Assembly (NCBI GenBank): GCA_963812305.1
Contig: CAWEUT010000025.1
Location: 8,930 to 72,929, forward strand
Source: an uncultured Ignavibacteriaceae bacterium
Lineage (GTDB): Bacteria > Bacteroidota > Ignavibacteria > Ignavibacteriales > Ignavibacteriaceae
Reading direction: 5' to 3'
DNA length: 64,000 bases
Shown here: in pieces, positions 51,688-61,180 of the stretch
Layout: each line of letters begins with the position of its first letter
Position numbering within the stretch: position 1 is the stretch's first letter
Notes under the pieces: model-generated
What the model was told of the DNA's origin: nothing
Database searches by the model: none
Seen by the model: the letters and a program-made list of their open reading frames with translations, nothing else
Translations under genes and position numbers: made by a program

Positions 51688-52366
51688 ATGAAACTTAGAT
51701 ATTTTGGTCATTCAGCTTTTCAAATTACAACTATACAACGGTATAAAGATTTTAATTGATCCATTTTTGGATGATAATCCTGTTAGTCCTGTAAAATCTA
51801 AAGATGTTGATGCAGAATTTATTATTCTAACACACGGACATGGAGATCATGTTGGTGATGGTTTGAAAATAGGGAAGCGTTGTAACTCGTTATTTATTTG
51901 TGTTAATGAATTGGCTGAATGGGTTAAATCTAAAGGACTTAACGCCCATAATATGCATATTGGTGGAGCACATAATTTTGATTTTGGAAGAGTTAAATTT
52001 ACGATTGCACATCACGGATCGCTTTCTCCCGATAATCAATATACTGGTGAGGCATCAGGAGTTTTAGTTACAATTGAAGGAAAAACTATTTATCATACCG
52101 GCGACACTGGGCTATTTTATGATATGAAATTAATCGGTGAAATGAATCCAATTGATTATATGCTTCTTCCAATCGGTGATAATTTTACAATGGGAATTAA
52201 AGATGCAGTAAAAGCGGTGGAATTGGCAAATCCCAAAACAGCAATTCCAATTCATTATAATACTTTTCCTGTAATCAATTCTGATCCATTAGAATTTAAA
52301 GCGCTTGTTGAAGCTAGTGGCAAAAAATGTAGAGTTTTATCTTTTGGTGAAGAGATAGAATTATAA
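51688..52366 (+). pseudogene. UPF0173-family metal-dependent hydrolase (beta-lactamase fold); one frameshift as assembled
   Basis: ATG 51688, preceded by aggaga, gives MKLRYFGHSAFQIT. The frame then changes near 51728 into track ORF 51704..52366 (...YNGIKILIDPFLDDNP...LTHGHGDHVGD...). Confidence 0.8.
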
Positions 52367-52434
52367 CTTTAGATGTTTATATATAACTTTCATTGGATTA
52401 TCTTTGAACTCAATTTTTTAACAATTCTATTTAG

Positions 52435-53208
52435 ATGGCAAAAATAATTTCTATAGCAAATCAGAAGGGTGGAGTAGGAAAGACAACTACTACCATAAAT
52501 TTATCTTCATTGCTGGCTGCTGCCGAAAAGCGAACTTTACTTGTAGATATTGATCCACAATCGAATTCATCTTCAGGATTAAGCGTAACCAATCAAACTC
52601 CATCGGTTTATGAAGTATTAGTTGGTACCAGAAATATTAACGAAGTAATCATTAATACCTTTATGCCGTTTCTTGATATGCTTCCATCAAACATAAATCT
52701 TGTTGGAGCAGAAATAGAAATGGTTGATATGGAAAATCGCGAAACTCTTTTACGAACCGCTCTTGCAGAAGTAAATGATCGGTATGATTATATCCTGATT
52801 GATTGTCCGCCGTCTTTAGGTTTGCTAACACTTAACTCTCTAACGGCTTCAAATTCTGTACTTATTCCTGTTCAATGTGAGTACTTTGCATTAGAAGGAT
52901 TAGGACAATTACTTAATACAATCAACATAGTTAAAAAGCATTTTAATAAAGATCTAGCGATTGAAGGTGTATTGCTTACAATGTTTGATACAAGATTAAG
53001 ATTATCACATCAGGTGGCTGAAGAAGTTAGAAAGTATTTTGGTGATAAAGTATATAACACTGTAATCAATAGAAATGTTAGGATTTCAGAAGCACCAAGT
53101 TATGGTAAACCAATAATTCTTTATGATGCTATCTCAAGCGGAGCACAAAATTATATGGCATTAGCCTCCGAATTTCTGGAAAATAATTCAGCTATTTTAG
53201 ATAACTAA
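52435..53208 (+). CDS. parA: Chromosome-partitioning ATPase ParA/Soj
   Basis: [22 protein letters not shown] (deviant Walker A), DIDPQ, and [13 protein letters not shown]. Confidence 0.93.
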   Translation: MAKIISIANQKGGVGKTTTTINLSSLLAAAEKRTLLVDIDPQSNSSSGLSVTNQTPSVYEVLVGTRNINEVIINTFMPFLDMLPSNINLVGAEIEMVDMENRETLLRTALAEVNDRYDYILIDCPPSLGLLTLNSLTASNSVLIPVQCEYFALEGLGQLLNTINIVKKHFNKDLAIEGVLLTMFDTRLRLSHQVAEEVRKYFGDKVYNTVINRNVRISEAPSYGKPIILYDAISSGAQNYMALASEFLENNSAILDN

Positions 53209-53212
53209 TGAT

Positions 53213-54160
53213 ATGAGCAAAATGAAATCAAGTTTAGGAAGAGGATTGGATGCGTTAATCAATCCAAACAGATTTAATGAAAATGAGGAACAAAAGAATC
53301 CAGACTATTCTAACATTAAGTTTGATGATGGAAAACAAGTTGATGTTCTAGCAAAAATCGCAGTTGATTTCATCTCTCCAAATCCTTTCCAGCCAAGAAT
53401 GAATTTTGATCCTGTTACTCTTGAGGAATTAAAGAAATCAATTATAGCCAATGGATTAATTCAGCCAATTACTGTTAGGCGCATTGCCGGAAATCAATAT
53501 CAACTAGTCTCAGGCGAAAGGCGTTTGCGTGCTTACACCGATATTGGATACAAGGAAATTCCCGCTTACATAATCAAGGTAGATTCTGACGAAATAATGT
53601 TAGCTCTTGCGTTGATCGAGAATATTCAAAGGGAAACATTAAATCCAATTGAAGTAAGCAGGGCTTATAAAAGATTGATGGACGAGTGTCATTTAACGCA
53701 GGAACAAATTGCAGATAAAGTTGGTAAAGATAGAACCACAATTGCAAACTCAATAAGATTATTAAAACTTCCGGATAAAATTCAGGAATGTCTGGTTGAT
53801 GAAAGCATATCAGCAGGACACGCAAGAGCATTGATAAATTTACCCGGTGAAGATCTTCAACTATACGCCCTTGAAAGAATTTTAGCTGATAATTTATCTG
53901 TTAGAAAAGTAGAATATCTTACAAAAAAACTTATCGCTGAGGGGATTCCGAATAAAAAATCATTTACCATCAAAACAAAAAAAACGGTTAATTCTAACTT
54001 AAATGATGTTGAAGATAAATTAAGAAAAATTTTCGGTACTAAAGTTCAGTGTAAACAGAATAAAACTGGCGGCGGCGAAATTATTATCGAATATTTCTCC
54101 CACGATGAATTAGAAAGATTGTTTGAACTTTTTGAAATCATTGACAGCAAATACAATTAA
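53213..54160 (+). CDS. parB: Chromosome-partitioning protein ParB/Spo0J
   Basis: GLIQPITVRR, VSGERRLRA, IENIQRE.LNPIE, and the HTH region LTQEQIADKVGKDRTTIANSIRLL. It starts 4 nt after parA. Confidence 0.93.
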   Translation: MSKMKSSLGRGLDALINPNRFNENEEQKNPDYSNIKFDDGKQVDVLAKIAVDFISPNPFQPRMNFDPVTLEELKKSIIANGLIQPITVRRIAGNQYQLVSGERRLRAYTDIGYKEIPAYIIKVDSDEIMLALALIENIQRETLNPIEVSRAYKRLMDECHLTQEQIADKVGKDRTTIANSIRLLKLPDKIQECLVDESISAGHARALINLPGEDLQLYALERILADNLSVRKVEYLTKKLIAEGIPNKKSFTIKTKKTVNSNLNDVEDKLRKIFGTKVQCKQNKTGGGEIIIEYFSHDELERLFELFEIIDSKYN

Positions 54161-54629
54161 GATACTTTCACTTATCATCCTTCTTAATTTAAGTTTATTC
54201 TCGCAGCAGGATACAACTGAAATTCAGGATACCACAACAATCAGTTCCGATGTTTTTGTTATGCAGAAGTCCCCCTGGGGTGCGGTCGGACGAAGTGCGA
54301 TTTTACCCGGGTGGGGACAAATCTACAATGAATCTTATTGGAAAGCTCCTGTTATATGGGGTGTGATGGGATGGTTTATATATGGCTGGATTGATAACAA
54401 CAACAATTATAAAGACTACAAAAATCTCTACACACAAACTGGAGATGAAACTTATATTAATTACCGTGATTTTTATCATGATCAGAGAGATGAATTTGCA
54501 ATTTATTTGGTGCTAACATATTTCTTAAATCTTGTGGATGCTTATGTTGATGCACATCTTTTTGATTTTAGTGTTGATGAAAATTATATGACCGGAACCA
54601 AAATGTTAAATGTTAGAGTGAATTTTTAA
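54123..54629 (+). CDS. DUF5683-like membrane protein
   Basis: RSAILPGWGQIYNESYWKAPVIWG is the DUF5683 hallmark. Its position directly after parB is the usual Bacteroidota synteny. The start codon is uncertain (TTG in the track). Confidence 0.55.
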   Translation: MNFLKSLTANTIKILSLIILLNLSLFSQQDTTEIQDTTTISSDVFVMQKSPWGAVGRSAILPGWGQIYNESYWKAPVIWGVMGWFIYGWIDNNNNYKDYKNLYTQTGDETYINYRDFYHDQRDEFAIYLVLTYFLNLVDAYVDAHLFDFSVDENYMTGTKMLNVRVNF

Positions 54630-54642
54630 GAGAAATATAAAT

Positions 54643-55356
54643 ATGCTTTTTGAACACACAACATGTAAAAAGTGCAATCATATTAATCCGCCTTATAAAA
54701 ATATCTGCTCGGAATGTAAATCGTACCTTAGAGAGAGAATTGTAAATATTGATTTATGGGATACGATTCGATTAGTAATCGAAGAGCCAGCAAAGGCGTT
54801 TAGAAATATCATTTTTGCTGAACACAAGAATTTTATAATATTTATAACATTTTTTATTGCAATCAAGAATTTGATAATCGCTCGATTCTTATCAGTGCCA
54901 GAATTGGGAATGAATGGAGTAGTAACATCTTTTGTTTTAAGCTTAGTGTTAATATTAATTGTAACTTCACTTTTGATTGTATCATTCAGTTTAATACAGA
55001 AAAATATTTACAGTAAAAAAGAAGTTAAACTAAGATTTAAAGATATCTATGCGGTTAATACATACTCATTTACTCCTTATCTATTTGGATTAGTTTTTAT
55101 TTTCCCTGTTGAGTTAGTTGTTTTGGGGGGCGATATTTTCTCGAACAATCCATATTCATTTGAGATTAAACCATTAATTACATACATCTTAATGGGATTT
55201 GAACTCATTACCATTTCGTGGTCATTCTATTTGATTTATAAAAATATAATGACAATAAGTTTGAACAAAAATTACTCCATCTTTTTCACCGTTTTATATT
55301 TCCTCACTTGGTTTGCCGCACTTTATTTTTCATCAAAAATTATTTTTACTTTATAA
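54643..55356 (+). CDS. Zinc-ribbon + multi-pass membrane protein (Yip1-like)
   Basis: The N-terminus carries CKKCNHINPPYKNICSECKSY (CxxC...CxxC), followed by about 5 hydrophobic helices. Confidence 0.4.
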   Translation: MLFEHTTCKKCNHINPPYKNICSECKSYLRERIVNIDLWDTIRLVIEEPAKAFRNIIFAEHKNFIIFITFFIAIKNLIIARFLSVPELGMNGVVTSFVLSLVLILIVTSLLIVSFSLIQKNIYSKKEVKLRFKDIYAVNTYSFTPYLFGLVFIFPVELVVLGGDIFSNNPYSFEIKPLITYILMGFELITISWSFYLIYKNIMTISLNKNYSIFFTVLYFLTWFAALYFSSKIIFTL

Positions 55357-55424
55357 TACTCTTTTTAATTATCGTTAATTAAGTATTTTACTTTATACTT
55401 TAATTAAAAATAATTGGAATTAAA

Positions 55425-57050
55425 ATGTCATTTAAAACAGATGTACTCATAATAGGAAGTGGGATTGCAGGATTATTTGCTGCACTAAAAATATCTGAAT
55501 ATGCTGATGTAATTCTTGTTACTAAGAAAAATAAAGCGGAATCAAATACTAATTACGCTCAGGGTGGGATTGCTACGGTTATTGATCCTAATGACTCTTT
55601 TGAAAAGCATGTTGAAGATACATTAATCGCAGGTGCAGGATTATGTGATCGAACAGTTGTTGAATCGATGGTGAAGGAAGGACCCGACCGAATTACAGAT
55701 CTTATTGATATCGGAACGATGTTCACAAAAAAAGGCAATGATTTTGATCTTGCAAAAGAAGGAGGGCATTCGATGTCGAGAATTCTTCACGCAAAAGATT
55801 TGACAGGACAGGAGATTGAACGTGCACTTATTCATGCGGTGGAAGAGAAACCGAATATAACAATCTATGAAAATGCAATTGCAATTGATTTATTAACGGA
55901 ACACAATATCTCTGGCAAATCGGAGTCATTGAGTGAAAATAAGAATTGTTGGGGAGCTTATATATTAGATTCAACAAAAAATGAAGTTATAAAAATTACC
56001 TCAAAGGCTACTGTATTAGCAACAGGTGGATTGGGACAAGTTTATCTTCATACAACTAATCCACTAATTGCTACAGGTGATGGATTTGCAATGGCTTACC
56101 GTGCTGGAGTTGAACTAGGAAATATGGAATTTATTCAATTTCATCCAACTTCTTTTTATAGCATAAAAGCTAGTTCCGATTTTGACGGACACTCATTTTT
56201 AATATCAGAAGCAGTTAGGGGATTTGGTGGATTACTCCGGACAAAAGATGGCAATCTGTTTATGGAGCATTACGATCCAAGAAAGGAATTAGCTCCAAGA
56301 GATATTGTTGCACGCGCAATTGATAATGAGCTAAAAAAACGAGGGGATGATTTTGTCTATCTTGATTTGACCCATAAAAACGCTAACAATATAATTGAAC
56401 ACTTTCCCAATATTTATTCAACTTGCTTGAAGAATGGAATTGATATCACAAAAGAATTTATTCCTGTTGTACCTGCTGCACATTATGCGTGTGGTGGAAT
56501 TGTAGTTGATCTAAATGGACATACTTCTTTAACTGGGTTATATGCTGCTGGAGAAGTTACAATGACAGGTGTTCACGGAGCTAATAGGCTTGCCAGCAAC
56601 TCTCTATTAGAAGCACTTGTTTATGCTTACAGATGTTCAAATTCAATAAAAGAATTTTTTAATAGTACTGATGTTACAATACCTAAATTATTAGATTGGG
56701 ATGATTCCGGCACATTATCTGCAGATGAAAAAGTTTTAATTACTCATAGCGTAAATGAAGTGAAGCAAACTATGTGGGACTATGTTGGGATCGTTCGTTC
56801 AGATTTAAGATTGGAAAGAGCTGCTAGAAGAATTCATAATCTCTATTTAGAAACTGAGAAGTTATATAAAAGGACAAATGTCTTTCAGGAAATATTAGAA
56901 TTAAGAAACCTCATAACTTGCTCCCATACAATTATTAAATCTGCTCAACAAAGGAAAGAAAGCAGGGGATTGCACTTTACGATTGACTATCCAAATTCGT
57001 TCCCTTCTGACAAAATCAGGAATACTATTTTAAAGAACAGAAAAATATAG
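55425..57050 (+). CDS. nadB: L-aspartate oxidase
   Basis: DVLIIGSGIAGL, TNYAQGGIA, FIQFHPT, HYACGGIVVD, GLYAAGEVTMTGVHGANRLASNSLLE, and ESRGLHF. Confidence 0.93.
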   Translation: MSFKTDVLIIGSGIAGLFAALKISEYADVILVTKKNKAESNTNYAQGGIATVIDPNDSFEKHVEDTLIAGAGLCDRTVVESMVKEGPDRITDLIDIGTMFTKKGNDFDLAKEGGHSMSRILHAKDLTGQEIERALIHAVEEKPNITIYENAIAIDLLTEHNISGKSESLSENKNCWGAYILDSTKNEVIKITSKATVLATGGLGQVYLHTTNPLIATGDGFAMAYRAGVELGNMEFIQFHPTSFYSIKASSDFDGHSFLISEAVRGFGGLLRTKDGNLFMEHYDPRKELAPRDIVARAIDNELKKRGDDFVYLDLTHKNANNIIEHFPNIYSTCLKNGIDITKEFIPVVPAAHYACGGIVVDLNGHTSLTGLYAAGEVTMTGVHGANRLASNSLLEALVYAYRCSNSIKEFFNSTDVTIPKLLDWDDSGTLSADEKVLITHSVNEVKQTMWDYVGIVRSDLRLERAARRIHNLYLETEKLYKRTNVFQEILELRNLITCSHTIIKSAQQRKESRGLHFTIDYPNSFPSDKIRNTILKNRKI

Positions 57051-57387
57051 AGCTATTAACTATATTATATAAATATGTATAAACTATATATAATTATTAT
57101 ATTAAAAGATATATTAATTTAGTTAATAGCACTATATTTTAATGAATTTTAATTATTTTACTGACATATTTCACTTAAGTCTCAAAGAATATTTAATAGC
57201 ACATGCTGCTTTATTCATCATAGTAACTTGCTCCCTATCAATGCCTATTTTTTATTAAGAAAATCCTAAACAATATTGTGTACTCAAATTCTATACTTAA
57301 CAGATTTATTTTAATCTGAAATTAGTAAGTGTTTCAAAAAAGTATCAACTATTTTATTTATTTTCGCTATAACTTAATGAGTAAACT

Positions 57388-57905
57388 ATGAAGAATATTT
57401 CAATATTATCTAAAATATTTGCGGTGCTTGCTTTAATCTCAGCAGCAATTTGGGTTGGCTCATATCTTATCAAGATTATTTTTAGTATATCAATTATTTG
57501 AAGGACCCGATTTAGTATTAAGAAATTATATTAACCAAGAAAATATTAATGGAATATTATTCTCCATGTTCCCATCATTCGTAGTTCACTTTGCTGCGTT
57601 TATTATAATGTTTATTTCTACTATTCTGTTCTATTTAACTTCTAAAATTAATCTGAGGTTTAACGGATGGTTATTTATTATTCTTATTGCGGTGCTTATA
57701 ACCACTCCCTTCGAAATTTATCTTAATGATAATAGATTACAAAGTTATCACGATGCTTTACAGCAATTCATTTGATCCAAACACAGTTATAAATTTACTA
57801 AGGGACAGAATTAAAGATCTAAGCAGTTATTCTATTGTGGCAATATTAACATATCTTTCATTTTATTATTTTATTGTATTTCAACCGCTTTCAAAAAAGG
57901 ATTAG
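57388..57905 (+). pseudogene. Hypothetical small multi-pass membrane protein, read through three frames as assembled
   Basis: ATG 57388 gives MKNISILSKIFAVLALISAAIWVGSYLIKIIF, which continues in track ORF 57455..57775 and then in a third frame to TAG 57903-57905. It is hydrophobic throughout and I recognise no family. Confidence 0.3.
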
Positions 57906-57917
57906 ATTTTTATAAAG

Positions 57918-58190
57918 ATGAAATTAAAAGAAAAAGAATTTGAAGAAATAATCCAGGATTTAAGATCTGTTGCAGACCAGCTTGGTGCTTCAGTAAGATT
58001 TGAGAAAGGTGACTTTAAAGGTGGTTACTGTCTTTTGAAAGAGAGCAAAGTTATTGTGATCAATAAAAACGCTAATCTACAACGCAAAGCTATGATACTA
58101 TCTGTTGCCTTAAAAGAACTCGGTGTTGATGAAATTTATCTTAATCCTAAACTACGAGAACTTATTGAGGAAATGGGAGACATTAAATGA
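57918..58190 (+). CDS. Hypothetical 90-aa protein, translationally coupled to aroQ
   Basis: The ORF has an ATGA stop/start overlap with aroQ at 58187-58190. I recognise no motif. Confidence 0.5.
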   Translation: MKLKEKEFEEIIQDLRSVADQLGASVRFEKGDFKGGYCLLKESKVIVINKNANLQRKAMILSVALKELGVDEIYLNPKLRELIEEMGDIK

Positions 58191-58612
58191 AAATCCTAGT
58201 AATCAATGGTCCAAATTTGAATATGCTCTCCAGAAGAGATGAAACAAAGTACTCATCATTAAATCTTGAACAAATAATTGAGTTGCTCAAACAAGAATTT
58301 CCAACGATAGAATTTTCATCATTCCAATCAAATCTTGAAGGTGAACTCGTTTCTTTAATTCAATCAGCCGGTGAGAATTATGACGGTATTATAATTAATC
58401 CTGGTGGATATTCTCATACTTCTATTGCCATTATGGATGCTCTTGAGATATGTAAAATTCCAAAAATTGAGGTTCATCTATCGCATCTAGCTAACAGAGA
58501 AGAATACAGACAGAACCTACTAACTGCTAAGAATACAAACGGTTACATCTCGGGATTCAAAGAAAATAGTTACCTTGCTGCTGCATATATTCTGACAAAA
58601 TTGATTAAATAA
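58187..58612 (+). CDS. aroQ: Type II 3-dehydroquinate dehydratase
   Basis: MKILVINGPNLNML..R, IIINPGGYSHTSIAIMDAL, and IEVHLSHLANREEYR. Confidence 0.92.
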   Translation: MKILVINGPNLNMLSRRDETKYSSLNLEQIIELLKQEFPTIEFSSFQSNLEGELVSLIQSAGENYDGIIINPGGYSHTSIAIMDALEICKIPKIEVHLSHLANREEYRQNLLTAKNTNGYISGFKENSYLAAAYILTKLIK

Positions 58613-58772
58613 ATTTTCAATATTTGCTTAAATCACTTTAGCCGCCAATGAATGATAACCACTCATTTCATACAGGTTAGTTAGATCCACTAATAATAAA
58701 ATTAAATAAGTCCATAAAGTTGATATTAATAAGAGGATTAGTTATTTTCGATTAAACAATTTTAAGAAGCCT

Positions 58773-59165
58773 ATGAAGGATTTGTCAATAAAGAAACTTT
58801 ACTATTCAATAAGTGAAGTAAGTAAAATTACAAACATAGAGCAGTATGTTCTCAGATACTGGGAAACAGAGTTTGAACAGTTAAAACCTCAAAAGAACAG
58901 AGCTGGGAATAGGATTTACACAAATAAAGATATTCAGCTTATACTTCACATAAAAACTTTGTTAAGAGAACGCAAATACACTATTGAAGGTGCAAAAAAG
59001 ATATTGGAAAATTATGCACCAGAAAAAGTTTTGCAATCCAGTGAAGTTGAAAAAGAGGTTATTGAGAATGAAGAACCTCAAAGTTTTAAGAGAGAAAAGT
59101 CATCACTTCAAAATGATCTTGAAGAAGTAAAAAGTTTATTAGAACTGTTAGTGTCTAAATTATAA
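58773..59165 (+). CDS. MerR-family transcriptional regulator
   Basis: YYSISEVSKITNIEQYVLRYWETEF...RAGNRIYTNKDIQLILHIKTLLRERKYTIEGAKKIL is a MerR-type HTH plus wing. Confidence 0.8.
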   Translation: MKDLSIKKLYYSISEVSKITNIEQYVLRYWETEFEQLKPQKNRAGNRIYTNKDIQLILHIKTLLRERKYTIEGAKKILENYAPEKVLQSSEVEKEVIENEEPQSFKREKSSLQNDLEEVKSLLELLVSKL

Positions 59166-59169
59166 AATT

Positions 59170-59243
59170 CGGAACGTGGCGCAGTCCGGTAGCGTACTTG
59201 AATGGGGTTCAAGGGGTCGCGGGTTCAAATCCCGCCGTTCCGA
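59170..59243 (+). tRNA. tRNA-Pro (anticodon GGG)
   Basis: The 74-nt cloverleaf was folded by hand. Acceptor stem CGGAACG/CGTTCCG, D-arm GCGC-AGTCCGGTA-GCGT, anticodon arm CTTGA-AT GGG GT-TCAAG (U33, G37), variable loop GGGTC, T-arm GCGGG-TTCAAAT-CCCGC, discriminator A. C1:G72 and A73 are typical of bacterial tRNA-Pro. No CCA is encoded. Confidence 0.9.
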
Positions 59244-59887
59244 CGAAAAAACAAACATTTCAAAGATAAAACCTATCCGAATTCACCCCTTTTCATCCCA
59301 TTTTGGGCACGATTTAAAATCCAAAAAATTTAATTTAAAAAAAATTATTACGCTGTATATGCGAAGGCGTTATTTTTGTTTTAGCTGTGGAAGATAGGAG
59401 GGAAGCGACCCTGCACACAGCCACAAAAAGAATGACTGAGCAGGATTAACTGATAAGGTTACGTGCCGAGTTTACATAAGCCAATATTATGAGACTTTAG
59501 TTGCATAATATTTCTTATCCCGATGAATATCGGGACAAGTTGTAAGCTGGATGAGGATAAAAGAAGAAGGTGAGTCCTTCCGAAGTTGAATTTAGATTGC
59601 AAAGAAGAAAGAATTGCTTTGTGTGCTAATTGCTCTTCTGTTAAACCTACCTGACGCTAAGCAAATTTATCTGATCCAACACTTTTTATGTTTTGAGTGC
59701 AGCGACCCGCTGGGACAAGCCAAGCCCGGCGAGTGGGAGTGAGGACGACGACTGTGAGGAATCGAGCATAAGGACGAACCTGCCTGTCCGGTAGGCAGGG
59801 CGAGCGAGCAGGGGAATAATCATTTCTTCGTTATCGTGTTTGCAGCGAAGGCTGGGAATTTGAAAACCGATGTTAGTAAAATTTCTT

Positions 59888-60647
59888 TTACTGAATCTTA
59901 AATAAGTTAATTGTATAATCAAGTAATTTTTTGTTTCCATATTCTCCGTGTCCCAGGAACAATAATTTTCACATTTGGATATTCTTTTTTAACTCTTTCA
60001 ACTGTACCTGACCAATCTGCAACATTAGCATCGCCTAAATAACCTTTACTTGCATCTAATTCTTTTATTAAACAACCTCCAAACATTACGTTTTCACTTG
60101 GGAAATATCCAACTACATTATCTTTTGTATGTCCTTCTCCGAAAAACTTTACAATAATATTTTCATCGCCAACTTTTAAAATAAGTGAATCCCTGAAGCT
60201 ATTTTTAGGAACAACAAAATTATTTTCTTTTGCAAGTTCAATTGTTTTGAAATATGCATAAGAAGGGATATCATTTTCATCAAATGCTTTTAGACCTCCT
60301 AAACAATCATCGTGGAAATGTGTTGGAATAATTGCGTCTATTTTGCATTGAAGCGTTTCTTTGATCCAATTGATTAACTCTTCTGAATTTTTGTCGTTGG
60401 TCGGTGTATCAAAAACAATTACTTCATTATTATTTCTAACGATCAGTCCGTTACAAGGGACATTCCCAAAATCATTAGTTTGTTTAAAGGAAGTATGTAC
60501 AAAAGAATTTTCGGCAATTTGTGTTATAATTAAATCATTGGATTTGTAAATCTCTTCAGGTTTAAATGCTTCCAGTTTTTGAGAACTACAATTTAAAATT
60601 GTTATTGAGATTACAATTATTGATAAAGTATTTATGATGATTTTCAT
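59888..60647 (-). pseudogene. Subclass B1 metallo-beta-lactamase (lipoprotein-type signal); one extra base near the 3' end as assembled
   Basis: Track ORF 59919..60716; the likely start is MKIIINTLSIIVISITILNCSS at 60647. Motifs: IPTHFHDDCLGGL (H116-x-H118-x-D120), GEGHTKDN (H196), GGCLIK (C221). The track ORF ends IVPGTRRIWKQKIT*, but removing one G from the run at about 59952-59954 gives IVPGHGEYGNKKLLDYTINLFKIQ*, which restores H263 with a stop at 59888-59890. Confidence 0.8.
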
Positions 60648-60672
60648 TTTATTTTGCTGTTTTTTTTTATTT

Positions 60673-60738
60673 CCGCTAATGGTTCTCGGCTTTGCATAGT
60701 GGGGCATTAGACGCACTACTCAAAACCGATGTTAGCGG
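60673..60738. repeat. 66-nt imperfect palindrome (attC-like) between the SRPBCC and MBL genes
   Basis: ccgctaa(60673-79) pairs with ttagcgg(60732-38), cgg(60687-89) with ccg(60726-28), and tttg(60691-94) with caaa(60721-24). There is an asymmetric internal loop and a 26-nt central region. The structure starts 11 nt after the SRPBCC stop codon. Confidence 0.5.
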
Positions 60739-60748
60739 TTCGGACTTT

Positions 60749-61180
60749 TTATCCGTTAAATATTTTTTCTATTGCAGGCAAAACAATATTGTCCCATCCA
60801 CCCGCAATGTGGTCTAATCTTTTTGGGTCTCCGTTAAAATTTTCAACAGTTGTTGTCAATTCCGTTTTTCCTCCAATATCTTTTAGGTTATATGAGATAT
60901 GTAGATAATTTTCGGGTTTGATTTCAATTCCAAAATTTGGGTCAATCGAAGAGTATTTTAAATGTTTATTTTTTTCGATTTCCAAAATTTTTCCTCGCTC
61001 TCCACTTTCATATCCCTGATAGTTTCCTTTCCATTTAATATCGCTTCCCACGTTCCAATCCGAGGATACTTCACAATTGAACATATATTTTTTTGTTTCG
61101 GAAGGAGTTGTCAATGTTAACCACACTTTTTCAGGAGTAGCATTCAAAATTATTTTTCTTGTTATTTTATTGGTGTCCAT
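60749..61180 (-). CDS. SRPBCC-superfamily protein (AHSA1/START-like)
   Basis: 143 aa. ILNATPEKVWLTLTTPSETKKYMFNCEVSSDWNVGSDIKWKGNYQGYESGERGKILEIEKNKHLKYS is typical of the Aha1-like SRPBCC family. Confidence 0.7.
   Translation of the reverse strand: MDTNKITRKIILNATPEKVWLTLTTPSETKKYMFNCEVSSDWNVGSDIKWKGNYQGYESGERGKILEIEKNKHLKYSSIDPNFGIEIKPENYLHISYNLKDIGGKTELTTTVENFNGDPKRLDHIAGGWDNIVLPAIEKIFNG

Noticed and set aside
57051-57387. A 337-nt extremely AT-rich gap near parA/parB, considered as a possible oriC
   Set aside because: I found no cluster of DnaA boxes. The only TTATCCACA I noticed is at 12320-12328, inside a CDS. No dnaA or dnaN gene is adjacent, and I saw no parS-like TGTTNCACGTGAAACA. 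The gap contains only an 11-nt inverted repeat (gctattaacta / tagttaatagc). It is more likely a plain promoter or terminator spacer.
59176-59397. 73-aa ORF in the track immediately after merR
   Set aside because: Its first 68 nt are the tRNA-Pro gene (59170-59243) read as protein. The remainder is an AT-rich spacer, so the ORF is spurious.
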